A stretch of 63,825 bases of DNA, filler included, from Octopus bimaculoides (taxonomy: Eukaryota): NCBI RefSeq assembly GCF_001194135.2. It is 3 parts of 3 records of this genome, joined end to end, with 100 filler letters (N's around TTAATTAATTAA, not from the genome) between each part and the next. Parts side by side here need not be neighbours in the genome. Positions count along the whole stretch, not along the records: positions 30,206 to 58,552 come from NC_068991.1; 2 more parts are not named here. One strand, 5' to 3'. Of this stretch, positions 40,510 through 53,204 are shown in pieces. The notes beneath the pieces were generated by a model. The model did not search any database. It saw nothing but the letters and a program-made list of their open reading frames with translations, and had not been told where the DNA came from. Positions within the stretch are counted from its first letter, which is position 1. Each line of letters starts with the position of its first letter. Made by a program: the position numbers and the translations under genes.

Positions 40510-42335
40510 TAGGTGCCTAGGGTAGAAAAAGCACGCAGTGAAGTACATGAGGCATTTAGCAACTCTCATAAAGCTGGCAACAATGATACTAAACAAACTT
40601 TACAAAGAAAGAAAGAGGGTCTAAAACAGGTGTACCAAGAGATTGAAGAAGAGGAACTGGATGAAATGATCTCCTAGGTCGAAAATGCAAATGCAAAGAG
40701 TAAGCACAGAGAACGCTGGAGGCTGATTAACTCCATCACTGGTCGCAAAGCTGCAAAGCTGGGAATCATCAAAGGGAAATCAAAGGACGAGAGAATTAAG
40801 AAGTGGTACACTCATTTCTACAACTTGGGAAGGATCTAAAAGTTGACAGTGAAACAGAAAATGAAGAATGAGCAAATATATTTGACAACATCCCTCCAGA
40901 AGTACTAAAAAGATGTGATTTAGATGACATCATCCTTGAATTTGCAAACAAACTACTAAATGACAATGTGAAGCCAGAACAATAGATAGACTAAGATAGA
41001 CTTGCTCCCACTGCCCAAAACTGGAGACCTAAGTGATACTGGAAATTACAGAGGGATCAGTCTGTCATCCATTGTTGTAAAAATGGTCAACAAGATGATA
41101 CTTAACCGAATACAACCTAAGATAGACAAACAATTGTGACCAAATCAAAATGGATTCAGATCAGGACAGTCAACAGCATCTCACATTGTCACACTTAGAA
41201 GACTGATAGAGGGAGTTAAGAGCCATAACAGGAAGGCTATAATTATTTATGAAGACTTTAAAAAGGCTTTTGATTCAGTACATATAGGAATGATGATGAA
41301 GATACTTAAAGCATATGATATTCCACCAATAAGCTGTATGAGAACACCAGAGCAAAAGTGATCACTCCGGATGGAGAGATGAAATACTTTGAAGTCAAAG
41401 CTGGAGTATTACAAGGTGACATGCTAGCACCTTATCTCTTCGCCTACGTTCTGCACTATGTAATGTGTAGAATGTACGAGGGCAAGGGAGAAGAACTGGG
41501 ATTCAAACTGCATAGGCAAATAAGTAGAGGGCATCAAACAGTAACAGTAACTGACCTAGACTATACTGATGACCTGGCATTATTAACAGAGAGGACAGAT
41601 CAGGCACAGGAGGTGCTGAGCAGATTAGAGCAGGAATTTGGGAAGGTAGGGTTGTACTGTAATGCAAAGAAAACAGCTGCAAGTATTCAGCCATGAAATG
41701 CCTGTATCAGTGAAAGTGAGAGACTGTAAGTTGCTCAAGGTAGTTGAAAATTTTTAATATTTTGGTGCGTGGACACAAAGTACTGAAGAAGACACCGTAG
41801 CAAGGAAACCTCTTGCCTGGAGCGCATGCCATAAATTGAGAAAGGTATGGAGTTCGAAGTTAGCAAGGAAATTGAAAGTGAAGTTGTTTCTGGCAACAGT
41901 GGAGTCTGTTCTTCTATACGGGGCTGAAACGTGGACGCTCACTAAAGCATTGAAGAAGCAGTTGGATGGTTGTTATACAAGGATGCTTAGAATGGCACTC
42001 AATGTCTCCTGGGAGAGTCATACAACAAATACTGACTTGTACCAGGGACTACCAAAAGTAACATTCAAGACACAGCATAAAAGAATGAGGCTAGCATCAG
42101 ACATACCAATGAAATTGCTAACTGCATCAGACACACTGAGGAAATTGCTAACAAGCTAGTGCTCTGGCAAACAGTGGAAAGAAGAACCAGGAGAGGAAGG
42201 AGGAAGACGACCTATATCGACAACTCGCTGGAGGATACTGGTAAGGAAGGGGTACAGGAGCTGAGGACCATTATGGAAGATTGAGATGAATGGGGAAAAT
42301 GTGTGGAAACAGTCTTGGAGCATCTTGAGATAGAG
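40510..42335 (+). mobile_element. RTE-like LINE, 5'-truncated, RT domain degenerate (Artemis intron 1)
   Basis: LPKTGDLSDTGNYRGISL...QNGFR...DFKKAFDSV...GVLQGDMLAPYLF...DLDYTDDLALL...LLYGAETWTLTK; short GAGATA-repeat tail. Confidence 0.92.
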
Positions 42336-42787
42336 ATAGATTTTCTTTCCCTTTGTAAATGTGCTCCTTTACCTAGACACAGATGAAAGAGGAATGCTCT
42401 TCAACAAGGTGCTGAGCGAAAGAGGAAGAATTGGATTTGAATTTTGTATTTATAATATTTTCCTATTAAATTAGATCAGGATAAACAAAGGATTTTTCAT
42501 CTGTTATCTGATCTGAACTGTATTTAACCTAAGGATTTTCAGTATACAATAGGACTTATCTAAATATGACAATTGACTCTCATAAATTTCTTAGTTCTAA
42601 TTCCACTCAAAGAAAAATCTGGACTAGGTTTTGAATCCTGGCTAAGAATCCAAGAAGTGATTCACTTAACTTTCTTCAGTTTGCTGAGTTGCCTACAGAT
42701 TTCATTTCTAATTTAATAAATGTGATGTTAGTATGAAAAATTGGCTGTAATTAGTTTGTTTTTAAATAATCGTTTTATTTAAAAGAA

Positions 42788-42898
42788 CTTTTGTTTATTC
42801 TTTTCAGTGTTAGCCATGTCTTTAGTTGTTATATAAATTCTCATTATTTTCAAAAATTATTGACTTAGCTTTTTTCCTTCACTGGGAACCTTCTTAAT
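42788..42898 (+). repeat. 111-bp direct repeat, copy 1 (identical to 44093-44203)
   Basis: Base-by-base identity by eye. Confidence 0.9.
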
Positions 42899-43168
42899 GT
42901 CTTTGAGACATAAAGTTTGAGTAGAACCTATTATCAGCATAACAGCCTCCCAATTGTTTGTCATCTATTTTTTCTATCACTTATACACTATTGTATCAAA
43001 GGATACAATTTAATATTGTCCGATAATCCAATATTTAACACCTTCAGCCACACAACCATAAATCTTCAATGTTTCAAGTCTCATTACAGCTGTAGTATTT
43101 TAGGAAATACAAGGGTAAAGTAGGGAGATACAGACATGCCATTTTGATTTATTTTTATTATTTTTCAG

Positions 43169-43220
43169 ATCACACCCAGGGACTTGGTGAGCCAGAGTTT
43201 TTGAAAGTTCTTGAGAAAAG
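43169..43220 (+). CDS. DCLRE1C: Artemis exon 2
   Basis: TTTTTCAG acceptor, (D)HTQGLGEPEFLKVLEK(R), GTATGC donor; 52 bp; completes HxHxDH. Confidence 0.93.
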
Positions 43221-44092
43221 GTATGCTGTTGAAAACAAATTTACTTTCATCATATCTAGAGCTAAAATTTTCACAACTAAACTCCCTAAAATTTAGCTGT
43301 GTTAAATCAATGGAAAGGGAGCTTTCCACTGGATAAGATACCTCACTATCATTGATACTATTTCCAAATTTGGTACTTATTTCTATAAGCTACATAGACT
43401 GAGGTACACTTAGACATGTCTTAGGGATTTATAGATAATTTCTATACATTGACAGAGATACCTGTGACTGTATAGATTTCTCTATATTATTTTTCTGATA
43501 CATGAAAAGTTTTCCATTACCTGCAGCAGTCAGGAATGAAGTTTCCAAATATTGCCAGGTCTGATACCTACAACTGATATTGGCAGTTAGATGAACTGAA
43601 GAATATTTATAGAAGTCTCTTGCTCAGAGACAATGTAGAGCCTCCAGTAGGTATGACCCTACAATCTATGAGCTGATTACTTAATGTCTTATCAACTCTG
43701 ACAGTTTATTTCCTTATTTTCTGTAACTGACATCATCATCATTGTCACCATAATTATTATCATGGTTGTCATCATCATAGTCATCAGTTGTCACCATCAA
43801 CATCATGATTTTTGTGTCTTTTCTTTTCTCTGCTAGCATGGATTGAATGAGACTTAGTGAGGAAGTCTGCTATGACTGGATGCTTTTCTTGTTGCTACTC
43901 TTTATTTGTGTTTTTCAAGTTAGATAAATTTTGTATTTTATTCTACTGCTCATTCTGCATTCAAACCTATGAAACCATCAAACTATGGGATATGCTGTTT
44001 ATAGATGTTAACAAACGTCATCATTGCTTTATGTAAGAATAGGATGGGAAAGACTCTGGAGTTATTGCCTCAAATGGCAACAAAAGGATTCT

Positions 44093-44203
44093 CTTTTGTT
44101 TATTCTTTTCAGTGTTAGCCATGTCTTTAGTTGTTATATAAATTCTCATTATTTTCAAAAATTATTGACTTAGCTTTTTTCCTTCACTGGGAACCTTCTT
44201 AAT
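44093..44203 (+). repeat. 111-bp direct repeat, copy 2
   Basis: Identical to 42788-42898; abuts an old RTE 3' fragment. Confidence 0.9.
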
Positions 44204-44209
44204 AAGATG

Positions 44210-44620
44210 CATATGTATGAAGTGCTGAATACCATAGAAGTGAAACATGGACACTGAGCTGAGGATGTGCAAAGATTTGGAAGAAATGAAGCAACCATGC
44301 TCTACTGGGCATCTAATGTTAGTATGCATGAACAATGGAGTACAAATGAATGAACAGAAAAATTGGCTGTCAGAAGCATCAAATGTAGTTTGCAGGCAAG
44401 ATGACTGAGCTGGAACTGATATGTGGTGCATATGAAAGATGACAGTTGGGTTGAGACATTCTGAGTGACCCAAAAAGAAGCAGCTTGTAGAAAAAAGAAA
44501 GACATAGGGTGGGCGAATGCTGAAGGCTAAGTTTCACAAAAAAATATGATAAAGGATACAAGTGGTAACATGCTGTACTAAAGAGCCATGCAACCATAGA
44601 AAGTGAAGTGTTAAATGCTG
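44210..44620 (+). mobile_element. Degenerate RTE LINE 3' fragment
   Basis: Similar to the 51598-51792 family (GTCAGAAGCATCAAATGTAG...); ends TAAATGCTGATGAT. Confidence 0.6.
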
Positions 44621-44659
44621 ATGATCACTGTTCAATCTTAATATTTTTCTTTTGTACAG

Positions 44660-44744
44660 GCAATCTACTTATTTATACTGTTCTAAGTTGGTACAAACCA
44701 TTCTTCTCAAAATGTCTTGTTTTAAAAAACTGGAACCTCATATA
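44660..44744 (+). CDS. DCLRE1C: Artemis exon 3
   Basis: TTTTGTACAG acceptor, QSTYLYCSKLVQTILLKMSCFKKLEPHI (human VYLYCSPVTKELLL), GTAAGT donor; 85 bp. Confidence 0.93.
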
Positions 44745-45151
44745 GTAAGTAACTCTTGTTCTTTTCTCTTTCTTTTAATGTTATGATTGAATGATATCTG
44801 TAACCAAACATTGTTCTTCTCACCTCTCTCAATCTGGTTGACATGAGATACCACAGGTCTTGTTTTATATTTGGGAGAGTTTTGAAATAGAACTTAAACT
44901 TTATTGAAAACACAAATACATACCTACATACATATATGTATGTATATACCCACAAAGTCATTTCATTAGTTAATTCTAAATACTGTCATACTCATTGCTA
45001 CTGTAGTACAATGGAAAATCAACAACTGTTGTTTCCTAAGAGCAACATGATTCTACCCTAATATCTCTTACTAACATGAAGACCACATATTTTACACTCG
45101 TCCAAGATTTTTTGATTTTTGTTTTTAAATTTCCTTTTAATTATCATGCAG

Positions 45152-45214
45152 AAAGTACTAGAAGTCAACAGTCCAACTGTAATTGAAGTCCCCAATGATG
45201 AACATTCTTCTCAA
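45152..45214 (+). CDS. DCLRE1C: Artemis exon 4
   Basis: CAG acceptor, KVLEVNSPTVIEVPNDEHSSQ (human [20 protein letters not shown]), GTAAGA donor; phase 0-0, 63 bp. Confidence 0.85.
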
Positions 45215-47028
45215 GTAAGATAACTTAAAAAAATTTTTTTATTGTTTTAAATTGATTTGGCTTCTTTTTTTTCTGCATTATATTTTTAAGTCAAAAAAAT
45301 CAACTGTCAGTGAACGATTTTCCCAAGCAGTAGCAGGTTATTAGAGCAAAACTGAAGATTGTTGACAATAGTCAATAGCACTGTCTTGAATTTGGCCTTT
45401 CTCAATATGTAAGAAGGGTGTGGGTAGGAACTTAACACTGTGTACTTCATGTGAGAAATGGATAGTAAGATCTATGGTAAACTGATAAAGGACCAGAACT
45501 TTAAGTAAAATAGATGCACAATAGCAGGACTCGTGAAATACTGTTCATGAACTGCTCTCATGAATCAGAAGCTGATAAGTGTTGTAATCTAAATGATCCA
45601 TTAAAAACTGGAAGTGGTTGTAGCTAAAACAAAGTAACTAGTATAAAGAAGGAATGAAAAATGTTATATCTGTTGACGACAAAAATATTTTTTCTACATG
45701 CAGAAGGCAGGCCATATGTGTGTGACATATAGCAGTGAGACATAGTCATTAAATATGGAATGTAGACAATGTCAAAGGAAAATGAAAATAATATGATCTC
45801 TTGAATACATACTGTTAACTTACTCGTGTAACACAGCATAAATGAGTTGATGGATTGGCTAGTCATTAAAGGTATCAATTGAAGTGAAAAAAATGTCCAA
45901 GCTGTAAATTGTTCAGTGGACTGAACAATTATTACTTTGCTTGGAATCAGATAAGTTTTGGCATTAGGAAGGACATTCATCTGAAGAAAATTCTGCCTCA
46001 ATGAAGCCTCACCTGATCCATTCAGACATAAAAAAAAGTAGTTGTTACTACAGTGAGGATGATGTTATATGTATGTGTGTATATCATTGCTATCATCATC
46101 ATCATTTAATGTTTTGTCTTCCATGCCAGATGGGTTGAACAGTTCTACAGAATCTGACGAGTCAGAGGACTGTCAAACTCTAGTGTCTTTTTTCGCATTG
46201 TTTTAAGAATCGGATGACCTCAGTGTACTGGGTGCTTTTTTCAAGGTCCCAGCACTAGTAATGTTGCCAAATAACTCACAAAACAAAAATACCCTCTTGA
46301 TTGAGTTGGTGTGTAGTAAAGACATAGGTGGCTTTATGCCAGGTGTCAGAAAACTGATAGATGGACAGGAACAGGTGTCTTGCTTCAGAGGACATACGTG
46401 GCTACTTTGTGTTATACCAAGGTGGATGGGAGTAACTGAAAGAGAGATAAAAATGATGAGGACAAGGTATCGGGGTGTACCCTCAAATTATAAGAAGGTG
46501 AGTAGAAGAGAGACTAAGGACAATAGATCAGGAAGGGTGGGTGGGTAAGTTCACAAGAGTATGGAGGTAGAGGTGAATGCTGAACAAGTGTGGAGGTATG
46601 GTTGATAGTAAATACGAGTTTGATGGGAAGGTGATAAGGAATAGAAGTAGCTTTGGCAGGAGGGTGTGATAAATAGCAATAAAGAAAGAGTGGAGAAGAG
46701 CAGAATAATAGAACCAGGTATAGGGTGGGTGGGTAAAGGAAGAGTCTGGGGAGAGAGAGAGAGACAGATGTACCATGACAGAGATGGAGGAGAGAGATAG
46801 ACAGGGATAGCTACAGTGAGTGACAAAGGTGAGCAGCAGTCAATGACAAAAAAAGAGGTTATTAATAATGAGGTATGGAAGTCATGAGATGTAGCTTAAG
46901 AAAAAGGGAGAGATAACTCGTTACACAGGTAGAGTGATCAGTAAAGAATAAAAATAGGAAGGTGGGTGTGTGTTTGTCTTAAAATATATATATATTTATT
47001 ATTTATAAAGTTGAATTGTTTTTTGTAG

Positions 47029-47090
47029 AGTACTTGTTCTACGATCACAGTAACCTTGCTACAAGCTGGCCACTGCCTTGGTTCAGTCAT
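47029..47090 (+). CDS. DCLRE1C: Artemis exon 5
   Basis: TTTTTTGTAG acceptor, STCSTITVTLLQAGHCLGSV(M) (human VTLLPAGHCPGSVM), GTGAGT donor; 62 bp. Confidence 0.92.
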
Positions 47091-47300
47091 GTGAGTTTCT
47101 CAAAGACTTCTCTCTTTAATATGCAAATTTGTAAAAAAAAAAAAAAACCAAAGATTGTTATTTTTCTTTATGACGCTGTGACCTAACTTATTGTATTTAG
47201 AATATTAATTCCAATTCTTTCATCCAAGAAATTTGGAATTGTGTAAATGTATGAATTTTAAACATACACACACACAGAGAAAATCTGCCTTTTATAGATA

Positions 47301-47341
<41 letters not shown>

Positions 47342-47655
47342 TGAAGGTAAATATATTTTAAAGTTATGCATATTTTTTCACAAAATATGGAGTATACAGC
47401 TGAAGAATGTAGTATGTACTAGATTTAAATTAAATTAATTTTTAAAAATTTATTTACTTAATTTGTACATTAAACATGAAACTAGTCTTGTATTAACCAT
47501 GCTAACCTTAAAATAGACTTCATTCATCTCGCCCGCCTTACGTCATTTTGTATCAAGGAGAATTGATGATGTTTTATTTAAACATTGATCATTCAACATG
47601 CATGGAGATAAGTTTTTTAACTGCTCTTCTCCCTCTCTCTATATATATGTACATA

Positions 47656-48710
47656 CAGGGTGTAACAGGTAAATTGGGACCATTTAAATATCTTTAATAT
47701 AATTGGTATAACTCATAAAAATCAAACACTGTAAGTTTTATGCTTATGCCAATTTATTGTTGAGTGTTTAGCACTTTTTTCAGATCAATGTGACGGACAT
47801 TTGCTTTCTTTACAAGTTCAATCCATTCACGAAATGATGCACATGCCTTAACTATTTCTTCCTTTTTCATTTTACTGAATGCTCGCTTGATCGAAGCCTT
47901 TAGTGAAGACACACAGTTGTGAGAAGTTGCATTGGATATTGCTTCAGCTGTGCTCCATAGCCAAAATACACATGGATTTCTAATTTGACGAGCTAGAGGG
48001 CCAGATATTTCTAGGGACGAATATGGGCAATTCCTTCTTCAAAAATTCATGCACTCTTTTCGAAGAATGGACTGTCACAGAGTCCTGTACAAACATGACT
48101 TGACTTGCATCATAATGCTTCCTAATCCAAGGCAACAAAACTTCTTGTAAGATTTTGAGGTATTCTGCTGTGTTGATTTTAAGACCTGCTTCAATAAAAT
48201 GAGGAGGCATCAATTTCCCATTACTTGCAACAGTTTCAAACACCATAATGGAAGCTGGATTCTTGTTATGCATAGCTGAAGGAACTTGGGAAGGGTCATA
48301 CACTATCACTCATGAGTTTTGATGGTTTGCAACTTCATCTGTCATGAACTTCTTTTCATCCACAAAGATGCAGACATCTCCACCACGATGTTTCAGATAA
48401 CTAAGAATTTTGGGACTTCTTTCAGCGTGAATGGCTTTGGAGCGGGTAGTTAGGATGTTACAGTGTCTCCTCACGTATGATTTCATATGGAGGTCTTGTC
48501 TCGCAGCCCTTGAAACAGTCATTTTACTGATTCCTCAGTCTTGAGCCAACTTCGCCATCTATTTTGATGAGTTCAACTCAATTGCTCTTTCAAGTCCTGT
48601 TAAGAAGCAAGGGGTGCATTTTCAATCACTACGAGGATTGTGAGGCTTTCTCTAAACATCCTGACTTTTCTTCAAATTGGCTAAAACTCTAAAAACAGTA
48701 GATTTGGCAT
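47656..48710 (-). mobile_element. Tc1/mariner (maT, DD37D-like) transposon fossil
   Basis: IFVDEKKF...ASIMVF...KINTAEYLKIL...MFVQDSVTVHSSK...IWPSSS; TA + CAGGGTGTAACAGGTAAATTGG terminus at 47656; other TIR not found. Confidence 0.85.
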
Positions 48711-49094
48711 ATTTTGTGGCTCTAACAATCTCCCCAGCACTTTTGCCTATCTGTTACCAGGGAATCAATCTTCCCCAAACTTTGTATACATGTTGAACTA
48801 ACATCCAGTTCAATTATAGGTTAATTGGATTTCAATAAAAATTGATAAAGGACCGTCTATGGGGTCAGGCTGTTACATTATAAAATGCGAGGGGTACAAA
48901 AGTGTTAGGTTCAGGGAAATGTGGCAGAATGAGGGTGGCTGACATCAGGGAAGGGGAGGAGACTAGAAAAGATGGATAGACAGGGAATGTGAGAGACTGA
49001 GAGAACGACAGACAAGGACACTTCTATATATATATAAGAGAGAGTTTGTGTGTGTGCATATCTTCGTTATGCATTCGGAAACTGAGTTGCTGAT

Positions 49095-49978
49095 TTTGAT
49101 GTATGGGGTATGAAAAAAGGTCAACTATTGGAAACATTTTATACCAAAATGACGATAGCATCACATTTTCTATATGAGTGTGTACCTTCAAAGACATCCA
49201 TTTCTCTATATGTTACGAGGAAATACAGTCACTCACTCTCTCTCTCTCTCTCACAAAATAGATGTATGCATATGTATTTATGTATGTGTATATGAGTATA
49301 TGAAAGATGTGTGTGTGACAGAGAGAAAGACTGAGAGAGGGCCGCTTACACATACATGACAATACGCACTGTCACTCACTCTCTTCTCTATCTCTCTCTC
49401 TCTCTTGCACATACGTCCATTTCGTATACACGTACGTACATCTTTTACTTTCTCCTCTCACTTCAAAGCAAATGTCGCAGCTTCACTTTCTCTTCTCTTT
49501 CAATTTCTGCTCTTTTCATTGCATAAAGAAATAAAACATTTTTACAGAAATTAACAAATACATTCAAAAACAGAGTTTCCGATATTGATGTATGGGGTAT
49601 CAAAAGATTCAGTAATCTTTTGGCTAACATATAAACTTTATTTTCATTTACATATTTGCATTACAAAAATTTAACATTATAATCTTTTTCTAATTCAACT
49701 ATTCTAAATGACATTTTATACCACGACAACGTCACATTTTCTATGTGAATGTATACCTTAAAAGACATCTATTTCTCTATTTGTTATGAGGAAATACAGT
49801 CTCTCACTTTCTCTCACATGCATACACACACAGACATAAAAAAGATGTATGCATATGTATTTATGTATGCATATGTGAAAGATTATGTGTGTGTGAGAGT
49901 GAAAGAGAGAGAGAGTGCAAATGAGTGCCACTTATACATACATGCAAAAAATACATACATGACAACACACATCTTCAC

Positions 49979-50029
<51 letters not shown>

Positions 50030-50170
50030 TACGTGTCCATTTTATATACACATACATACATCTTTCACTTCAAAGCAAATGTTACCTTTTCACTTTCTCT
50101 TCTCATTCAATTTCTGCTCTCTTCAAAGCATAAAGAAATTAAAAAATTTTACAGAAATTAATGAACAATC
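49095..50170. repeat. Diverged tandem duplication (two ~450-600-bp units)
   Basis: TTGATGTATGGGGTAT, ACATTTTATACCA, GAGGAAATACAGTC, CACTTCAAAGCAAATG and TTTTACAGAAATTAA each occur twice in the same order. Confidence 0.8.
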
Positions 50171-51521
50171 AAACGAAAGACTGCCATAAAATAACTTCCT
50201 TTGGCACACGCACTCACAAACACACTCTAGGTAAAACTTCTGTATGAATGATGTCTTTTCTTGCTATGTGCATGTGCTCAAAACCAATTGAAATCACAGC
50301 TCAAAACCAATTGAAATCACCTTTTTCTATTCTGTAATTCATGTTTGTGATGAGTGTATTTAAAAACCCTATCTTCGTTATAAATTTAAAAGGAAGTTCT
50401 CCCAGAAATTCTGTCCTTTACCTCTTNNNNNNNNNNNNNNNNNNNNNNNNNNNNNNNNNNNNNNNNNNNNNNNNNNNNNNNNNNNNNNNNNNNNNNNNNN
50501 NNNNNNNNNNNNNNNNNNNNNNNNNNNNNNNNNNNNNNNNNNNNNNNNNNNNNNNNNNNNNNNNNNNNNNNNNNNNNNNNNNNNNNNNNNNNNNNNNNNN
50601 NNNNNNNNNNNNNNNNNNNNNNNNNNNNNNNNNNNNNNNNNNNNNNNNNNNNNNNNNNNNNNNNNNNNNNNNNNNNNNNNNNNNNNNNNNNNNNNNNNNN
50701 NNNNNNNNNNNNNNNNNNNNNNNNNNNNNNNNNNNNNNNNNNNNNNNNNNNNNNNNNNNNNNNNNNNNNNNNNNNNNNNNNNNNNNNNNNNNNNNNNNNN
50801 NNNNNNNNNNNNNNNNNNNNNNNNNNNNNNNNNNNNNNNNNNNNNNNNNNNNNNNNNNNNNNNNNNNNNNNNNNNNNNNNNNNNNNNNNNNNNNNNNNNN
50901 NNNNNNNNNNNNNNNNNNNNNNNNNNNNNNNNNNNNNNNNNNNNNNNNNNNNNNNNNNNNNNNNNNNNNNNNNNNNNNNCTAGCATGTCGAGTTTTCTGG
51001 TAGTGCTCTAATATTTTTAACGTCTGCTATTTCAGAAACATCAGACAAAAATGAAACATTGGGTGCTTTTAGCTTTTTGAAAGCGAGTAGGTGGTGGGTA
51101 TGTGAGGTGGGGGAAGGGGCATTGTGTTTCTTTAACATAAACTTTAAAGAAAAAATATTTCCCAGATTTGTAATGTCTGTATTGTTCTACATGGATAAAA
51201 AAAAATTCTTCAAAAAGTTACAAATTAAGAAATTGTGGAAGGGACAGGGGGAAACTAAGATTTTGAAAACGTGATTTCTGGGCAAAATCATATTAAGCCC
51301 TCTTACACGATGAACAATACATAGTTTGTAATCCTTCTTAAGAACAGAAAGCACTTCCATACAAACCAATGCAAATTGTACCCCCATCACTTTTAAACAA
51401 ACAGTAACTTCCATTATGCCAGTAATCCAGTGCTATGCTGATTCTGCCCATAAGAAAGGAACAAATAACACAATATGGTTGTATATCATAACGCCTTGGC
51501 AACACCGGGATGCATTGCTAG

Positions 51522-51573
<52 letters not shown>

Positions 51574-51597
51574 CACATGCGGCAGGTTTATATATGT

Positions 51598-52308
51598 ATG
51601 AACATTAGAAGCATCAGTTGTGGCGTGCAAGAGAGACGATTGCGCTGGTATGGACATGTGGTGAGAATGGAGGAGGATAGCTGCGTGAAAAAGTGCCACA
51701 CCCTAACAGTTGAGGGAACCCGTGGAAGAGGTAGGCCCAGGAAGACCTGGGCTGAGGTGGTGAGGCAAGACCTTCGTACATTGGGCCTCACCNNNNNNNN
51801 NNNNNNNNNNNNNNNNNNNNNNNNNNNNNNNNNNNNNNNNNNNNNNNNNNNNNNNNNNNNNNNNNNNNNNNNNNNNNNNNNNNNNNNNNNNNNNNNNNNN
51901 NNNNNNNNNNNNNNNNNNNNNNNNNNNNNNNNNNNNNNNNNNNNNNNNNNNNNNNNNNNNNNNNNNNNNNNNNNNNNNNNNNNNNNNNNNNNNNNNNNNN
52001 NNNNNNNNNNNNNNNNNNNNNNNNNNNNNNNNNNNNNNNNNNNNNNNNNNNNNNNNNNNNNNNNNNNNNNNNNNNNNNNNNNNNNNNNNNNNNNNNNNNN
52101 NNNNNNNNNNNNNNNNNNNNNNNNNNNNNNNNNNNNNNNNNNNNNNNNNNNNNNNNNNNNNNNNNNNNNNNNNNNNNNNNNNNNNNNNNNNNNNNNNNNN
52201 NNNNNNNNNNNNNNNNNNNNNNNNNNNNNNNNNNNNNNNNNNNNNNNNNNNNNNNNNNNNNNNNNNNNNNNNNNNNNNNNNNNNNNNAAACGATGATGAT
52301 GATGATGA

Positions 52309-52310
<2 letters not shown>
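51598..52310 (+). mobile_element. Young RTE LINE 3' end (interrupted by N gap), (GAT)n tail
   Basis: NIRSISCGVQERRLRWYGHVVRM...RGRGRPRKTW. Confidence 0.9.
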
Positions 52311-52367
<57 letters not shown>

Positions 52368-52375
52368 GCAACAGG

Positions 52376-53155
52376 TTTCTTTCAGTTTCTGTCTACCAAA
52401 TTCACTCAAAAGGCTTTGGTTGGCCAGAAGCTATAGTAGGAGACACTTGCCCAAGGTGCCATGCAATGAGAATGAACCCAGAACCATGTGGCTGGGAAGC
52501 AAGCTTCTTTTATTCATCAAATTGGCCATGGAGGCCTTACACAGAAGGAGAAGCTTTTGGGCTGGACACAGACAAGATGAGATGAAATGAAAACAAAAGT
52601 GATACTGATGAGAGGGATGTCAGTGCCCACCGACCAACAGACCCTCGAATACAAAGTTTTTTTTACAATCAATTAATTCAATTATTATTACAATTAATTA
52701 TACAAAAAAGGAAATCATCAATCTTCCTCATCAGAGACCCCAAGCAAGTTGAATTGTCGCGTGAAGAGGAAGGCAAATTCTTTCATGTCAAAGGTCGCTA
52801 TGACCCTTGACAAAATTTTATGCTCTATTTGCGTTTGCCAACCGACTGGCCCAGCCGTCGGGCTCACACGAGCTGAGCCAACTGGGTCACCGCCCCGTGA
52901 GGGGGCGGCAGCTGGACGTGAGGGAGAGTGGCAGCAACAGCAAGCCCGGGCTGCGTGCAGAACTACCAATGACGGCTTCGGCGCCACCTCACTACCGGAG
53001 AAGCGCTAATCAACGCGCTAGTTAGCAGGCTGGAGTCTCGTTTGTTATCGGAATCAACCAGACAGATCGCTCCACCAACTAAGAACGGTCATACACCACC
53101 ACCCAATGAATTGAGAAAGAGCTATTGATCTTACCACACAACCACTCCTGCACCT
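52376..53155 (-). mobile_element. OR2-like SINE split by a 620-bp insertion
   Basis: ...GGGAAGCAAGCTTCTT ends at 52509; CTTACCACACAACCACTCCTGCACC resumes at 53130. Confidence 0.85.
53018..53131 (-). pseudogene. 18S rRNA gene fragment (conserved block just upstream of V7)
   Basis: Reverse complement ...AGCTCTTTCTCAATTCATTGGGTGGTGGTGTATGACCGTTCTTAGTTGGTGGAGCGATCTGTCTGGTTGATTCCGATAACAAACGAGACTCCAGCCTGCTAACTAG matches the universal eukaryotic 18S core with scattered transitions. Confidence 0.93.
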
Positions 53156-53204
53156 ATAAATATGTGTGTGTGTATGAACTTTTACATGCATACATACATA
53201 TATA

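Noticed and set aside
52605-52670. CUGAUGA-GAGGG...CCCUC-GAAU as a hammerhead
   Set aside because: GAAU rather than GAAA, and stems I and III cannot be formed
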